Assembly: GCA_046723645.1 (NCBI GenBank)
Contig: JBKOUY010000008.1
Span: forward strand, 13,264-77,263
Direction of reading: 5' to 3'
DNA: 64,000 nucleotides
Source: Actinomycetota bacterium
GTDB taxonomy: Bacteria > Actinomycetota > Acidimicrobiia > Acidimicrobiales > VFJN01
This document shows, piece by piece, positions 62,957 through 64,000 of the stretch. A program made the position numbers and the translations under genes. The notes beneath the pieces are model-generated. The model saw only the letters and a program-made list of their open reading frames with translations. It was not told where the DNA came from and searched no databases. Positions within the stretch are counted from its first letter, which is position 1. Each line of letters starts with the position of its first letter.

Positions 62957-64000
62957 CGCTTGAGCGGCGCGGGCGAGTGCCACCACCTGCGCGACTGGTA
63001 CGGGGTCACGATGCGAGAGCGCCCGGGCGTACTCGAGCTGCGTGCGGGCGAGCAGCGGTGGTGATCCGAGCGCCTCATGGGCCCGGGTTGCCGCCGTGAA
63101 GGCGTCGTCGACACCAGCCGGGTCGCCCAGCACCGCCGACACCATCCCCAGGAAGTGCTCCACCGAGCCGAAGAACGTCGACGTGTTGTCGACGAATTGG
63201 TGGCGGTACGGCAGCAGCAGGCCCCGGATGTGGGCGGCGCCGGCGACATCGTGTAGCTCCGTCGCGGCCTGGGCGGCCATGGCGATCGTCGTCAGCCAGT
63301 TCAGATCGAAGCGGATGCTGTCGAGCTCGGCAGCGAGCTCGTCGAACAGAACCCGGCACCTGTCGAAATCGCCGATCTCGGCGGCGCCCGCCGCAGCCCC
63401 GCCGAGGAAGGCCCGGACGCCGGGAAACGTCCTGGCGCAGCGCTCCATGTCGTCGACCACCTCGTCCAGGCGTCCCTGATGCAGCCGGATGCCGAAAACG
63501 TTGCCCACGTAGAACGCCTCGGCATCGGTCTGTCCCGCCTGGGCGGTCAGCTCGTACGCCTCACGGGCCAGCATCTCGGCGGCCTCGAAGTGGCCGGCGA
63601 TGCAGGCGCGGCTGGCGAGGCGCAGCTTGGCGTAGCCGACCGTCGTCGGTTGGCGCAGCCGTGACGCGGTCTCGTCGATCCAGGTGAGTAACCGGTCGGC
63701 GAGCTCCCACTCGCCGCCTTCCATCGCCGCCTGGCAGTAATGGGTCAGGCCGCTCAGGAACTGGCCGGAGCGATCCGCGCCCGCCGCTTCCCTGATGGCA
63801 TCGAGCTCGGCACCCAGGTGGAGTCGCTTCTCCACCGTGTCCGGACGCCACAACGCCACCATGCGGAGGGTCATGACCGTGACCAAGGTCGGAGCATCCC
63901 CCAGCTCGCGGGCGATCCGCAGGGCCTCGTCGCTGGCCCGCTCGGCGGCGGTCGGATCGTCGTCGAAGAGGAGCTCTGCGCTGAGAGCCGCGAGCAGCCG
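62876..64000 (-). CDS. C-terminal helical-repeat (TPR-like) region of a large regulator; 5' part outside window
   Basis: The frame stays open from 64000 down to the stop at 62876 (RLLAALSAELLFDDDPTAAERASDEALRIARELGDAPTLVTVMTL…). The Ala/Leu-rich repeat architecture resembles the C-terminal halves of the other STAND regulators here. There is no C-terminal HTH. Confidence 0.65.
   Translation of the reverse strand, partial: RLLAALSAELLFDDDPTAAERASDEALRIARELGDAPTLVTVMTLRMVALWRPDTVEKRLHLGAELDAIREAAGADRSGQFLSGLTHYCQAAMEGGEWELADRLLTWIDETASRLRQPTTVGYAKLRLASRACIAGHFEAAEMLAREAYELTAQAGQTDAEAFYVGNVFGIRLHQGRLDEVVDDMERCARTFPGVRAFLGGAAAGAAEIGDFDRCRVLFDELAAELDSIRFDLNWLTTIAMAAQAATELHDVAGAAHIRGLLLPYRHQFVDNTSTFFGSVEHFLGMVSAVLGDPAGVDDAFTAATRAHEALGSPPLLARTQLEYARALSHRDPVPVAQVVALARAAQASAERHGLAGIAARSAGLLGRFDVALA

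Overview
This is a high-G+C (roughly 70% in hand counts), Actinomycetota-style chromosomal segment. It is densely coding, with about 65 protein genes on both strands. Many genes are joined by 4-nt GTGA/ATGA start-stop overlaps, and the many long antisense ORFs are GC artefacts. I saw no rRNA, tRNA, CRISPR array or intact transposase.

The content is a mosaic of housekeeping, stress and accessory functions:
- Metabolism: acyl-CoA dehydrogenase (partial), gnd, a MetE-like methyltransferase, a class IV aminotransferase and two RibD_C/DHFR-like proteins.
- Transport: two head-to-head AI-2E permeases, a CopB-type copper ATPase, an ABC-2 exporter, two DHA2 MFS pumps and an EamA transporter.
- Stress: furA-katG, nfeD-SPFH and LtrA.
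- Regulators: TetR, MarR, AraC, ArsR and Fur; three ECF sigma factors and one anti-sigma factor; and four giant STAND/TPR regulators (cyclase-like-NTPase-TPR-LuxR, SARP-NTPase-TPR, LAL-type LuxR, and one truncated by the window end).

Best candidates for something new:
1. A polytopic membrane protein (37137-38606) whose LamG-like domain has its two halves in swapped order, next to nfeD-SPFH.
2. A DUF998 membrane domain fused to a long DyP-type peroxidase (60728-62956), divergent from a GMC flavoenzyme plus small subunit that lacks the usual cytochrome partner.
3. Two paralogous SigJ/ECF41-like sigma factors that both stop about 60 aa after region 4. Each is divergent from a giant LuxR-type regulator, and one is preceded by a stand-alone NTF2-like gene.
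4. A 78-bp tandem duplication of the furA-stop/katG-start junction.
5. A CAACC-N4-GGTTG palindrome shared between an ArsR promoter and an unlinked AHSA1 paralogue.

Several decay signatures also cluster in the window: a pirin remnant, and frameshifted methyltransferase and DUF222/HNH genes. All functional calls rest on motif recognition by eye. Start codons are often ambiguous.
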